Of a stretch of DNA of 64,000 nt, positions 61,893 through 64,000 are shown in pieces. The first letter of the stretch is position 1; every line of letters begins with the position of its first letter. The translations under genes and the position numbers were made by a program. The stretch is from NCBI GenBank assembly GCA_963837955.1, contig CAWIPH010000002.1, positions 3,424,001-3,488,000 of the forward strand. The letters run 5' to 3'. Below the pieces are notes generated by a model, which was not told the origin of the DNA, did not search any database, and worked only from the letters and a program-made list of their open reading frames with translations. Source of the stretch: an uncultured Verrucomicrobiae bacterium (GTDB lineage: Bacteria; Verrucomicrobiota; Verrucomicrobiia; Chthoniobacterales; JAFAMB01).

Positions 61893-63311
61893 ATGGCGTC
61901 TTTCGATCTGATCGTACTTGGCGGTGGCCCAGCTGGATACACCGGTGCAATTCGGGCGGCCCAACTCGGCCTTAACACCGCGATAATCGACAAACGCGAA
62001 GTGCTTGGGGGAACCTGCCTTAACATCGGATGTATCCCCAGCAAAGCGCTTCTCGTTTCCTCCGATCACGTCCGTTTCGCTCAACATCAAGCTGAACGTC
62101 ACGGGTTGAAGCTCGAAAAAATTAGCGTCGATCTCGGCAAGATGATGCAGCGCAAAAAGAATGTGGTGCGCCAGCTCACCCAAGGAGTGGAATTCCTGAT
62201 GAAGAAAAACAAGATTACCCGCCTGCGCGGCGCCGGCCAGGTGGTCGCACCCGGGAAACTCGCCTTGACCAGGCCAGACGGCGGGACCGAAGAGCACACT
62301 GCCAAACATATTATCCTGGCCACCGGCAGTGTACCGATGGACCTACCCAATATTACCTTGGATGGTGAAATCGTCGTCACGAGTGAAGAAGCACTTTCCT
62401 TCGCCAAGGTTCCTGAGGAACTGCTGGTGATCGGCGCCGGAGCGATCGGTTTGGAAATGGGCTCGGTCTGGTCACGCCTCGGAAGCAAAGTCACGATCAT
62501 CGAATTCCTGCCGCGAATCGCAGCCTTTCTTGATCTCGATGTATCGCAAGCGCTGCAGAAGAGCCTGGAAGCCGAAGGGATCACATTCTACCTCGAGACC
62601 CTCGTGAACTCGGTTGCGATCCAAAAGGGAACAGCCATTATCTCGGCCCAAGGCAAGGATAAGCAACCGATCCAACTAAAGGCCAGTAAGGTACTGGTGG
62701 CGGTAGGCCGAAAACCGTATGTGGAAGGAGCAGTCGCCAAGGACCTCGGGCTCCGGCTCACTGACCGAGGACGAGTTGCCGTCGATCAACATTTCCGCAC
62801 TAATTTGCCCGGATTATACGCCGTTGGCGATGTGATCGATGGCCCGATGTTGGCCCATAAAGGAGAGGAAGATGGAAGTGCTTGCGTGGAGCTCATCGCT
62901 GGCAAGGCCGGCCACGTAAATTACGACATTGTCCCAAACATTATTTACACCAATCCAGAAGCAGCCAGCGTTGGCTTGACCGAAGAAGCAGCTAAGCAAC
63001 AGGACCGAAAAGTGAAGATCGGAAAGTTCCCTTTCGTTGCTAATGGTCGCGCGCTGGCTAATGATCAGACGTTCGGTTTTGTGAAGATCTTGGCTGATGC
63101 TCGCACGGATAAACTGCTGGGCGCACAGATATTGGGTGGCTGCGCATCAGAGCTAATTCCAGAGGTGGTCAGTGTAATGGAGTTCGGCGGTAGTGCGGAA
63201 GATATAGGGCGTACGATTCACGCTCACCCAACGATGAGCGAAGCCGTGAAGGAAGCGGCGCTGGCAGTCGACGACCTTGCATTTTCAGTTCCTCCCAGGC
63301 AGAGAGGTTGA
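61893..63311 (+). CDS. lpdA: Dihydrolipoamide dehydrogenase
   Basis: GGGPAG, GGTCLNIGCIPSK, GPMLAHK, HAHPTMSE. Confidence 0.97.
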   Translation: MASFDLIVLGGGPAGYTGAIRAAQLGLNTAIIDKREVLGGTCLNIGCIPSKALLVSSDHVRFAQHQAERHGLKLEKISVDLGKMMQRKKNVVRQLTQGVEFLMKKNKITRLRGAGQVVAPGKLALTRPDGGTEEHTAKHIILATGSVPMDLPNITLDGEIVVTSEEALSFAKVPEELLVIGAGAIGLEMGSVWSRLGSKVTIIEFLPRIAAFLDLDVSQALQKSLEAEGITFYLETLVNSVAIQKGTAIISAQGKDKQPIQLKASKVLVAVGRKPYVEGAVAKDLGLRLTDRGRVAVDQHFRTNLPGLYAVGDVIDGPMLAHKGEEDGSACVELIAGKAGHVNYDIVPNIIYTNPEAASVGLTEEAAKQQDRKVKIGKFPFVANGRALANDQTFGFVKILADARTDKLLGAQILGGCASELIPEVVSVMEFGGSAEDIGRTIHAHPTMSEAVKEAALAVDDLAFSVPPRQRG

Positions 63312-63345
63312 TGGAGCGGTGGTCCCGTTTTTACTTATTTGCACA

Positions 63346-64000
63346 TCAATCCTGCGCCATCGACCCGGTAACCGCTCTGGGATAAACGGCATTCAATAAC
63401 AGTGCGGCTAATCCACCGGTCGTAATACCGGAAGAAAATAAGATGCGAGCCCACTCGGGCAACGGGTCGAGGATATCCGGCGCGCTTTGAACACCGATAC
63501 CGGTTCCCAGCGCGAATGCCAGAATCAATAATTCGCGGTGGCCGAGCGGGATACGTTGCAAAATGCGTATCCCGGCAGTGGCAACAAACCCAAAGAGGAA
63601 GAAGGTAACTGCGCCGAGCACCGGCCCCGGTAACACGGCTATCCAGCGGCCGACCACAGGCAAAAGGCCCAAGAGACAAAGGATCGCGCCGACCCAATAA
63701 CCAACTTGACGCGCAGCGACGCCCGTGAGTTGAATGATGCCGTTATTTTGAGCAAACGTTGTGCTGGGAAAGCTGTTCAAAGCCGCCGCTATCGCGCTAT
63801 TCAAAGAGTCTCCCATCACTGCTCCCCGAACCCGCCGCCAATATTTTTCGCCCTCAACTGGCTCGTCGGAAAGCTGAGACGTTGCGGTTACATCACCCAA
63901 TGTCTCGAGCGTAGTAATTACGTACGGCAACAGAAAAGCGAGCAAGAATTCCGGCCGCACGCTTAGCCCGTATTTAAACGGAATAGGGAACTCAAACCAG
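63346..64000 (-). CDS. NCS2 xanthine/uracil permease (5' end outside the window)
   Basis: ETLGD, PSTTFAQNNGIIQLTG (NAT signature), SGITTGG. Confidence 0.92.
   Translation of the reverse strand, partial: WFEFPIPFKYGLSVRPEFLLAFLLPYVITTLETLGDVTATSQLSDEPVEGEKYWRRVRGAVMGDSLNSAIAAALNSFPSTTFAQNNGIIQLTGVAARQVGYWVGAILCLLGLLPVVGRWIAVLPGPVLGAVTFFLFGFVATAGIRILQRIPLGHRELLILAFALGTGIGVQSAPDILDPLPEWARILFSSGITTGGLAALLLNAVYPRAVTGSMAQD

Overview
Bacterial chromosome segment, most likely Verrucomicrobiota (Chthoniobacterales-like is my inference). It encodes the PVC-superphylum small basic protein (missed by the ORF track) and a PEP-CTERM protein. Layout: 1-7 kb is a pentose-phosphate operon (rpiB-tal-pgi-DUF2090-gnd-zwf). 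7.5-27 kb is an accessory region of stress-type and small membrane proteins (MscS-cNMP, CBS, DUF2147, HAD, USP, two lmo0937-family proteins, ECF sigma, XRE, LysR, NRAMP, two AI-2E transporters, NADP oxidoreductase). 29.4-31 kb is a cobalt nitrile hydratase operon beside two divergent tRNA-Pro genes. 31.8-64 kb is mostly housekeeping (trmD, PBP1A, speA, clpS, pgl, sixA, holB, tmk, pyrE, secA, miaA, SufT/IscU, GT2 plus two GT-C proteins, lpdA). The main finding is a ~70-bp element present ten times between 11.5 and 26.5 kb, each copy pointing at a downstream gene. Its core is ATAC-N7-CRAY-N7-CTTC-N7-GTATKGGAGAAGCT, which resembles the tandem BenM/CatR-type LysR operator architecture. One copy sits divergently in front of the local LysR gene. 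This suggests an undescribed LysR-controlled stress/microprotein regulon. The elements also mark recombination junctions in an eroded duplicate of the locus. Several single-base indels (tal, hydrolase, oxidoreductase, about six in the nitrile hydratase operon) are more likely sequencing errors than biology, and the 919-aa 'Tal-Pgi fusion' is one of these artefacts.
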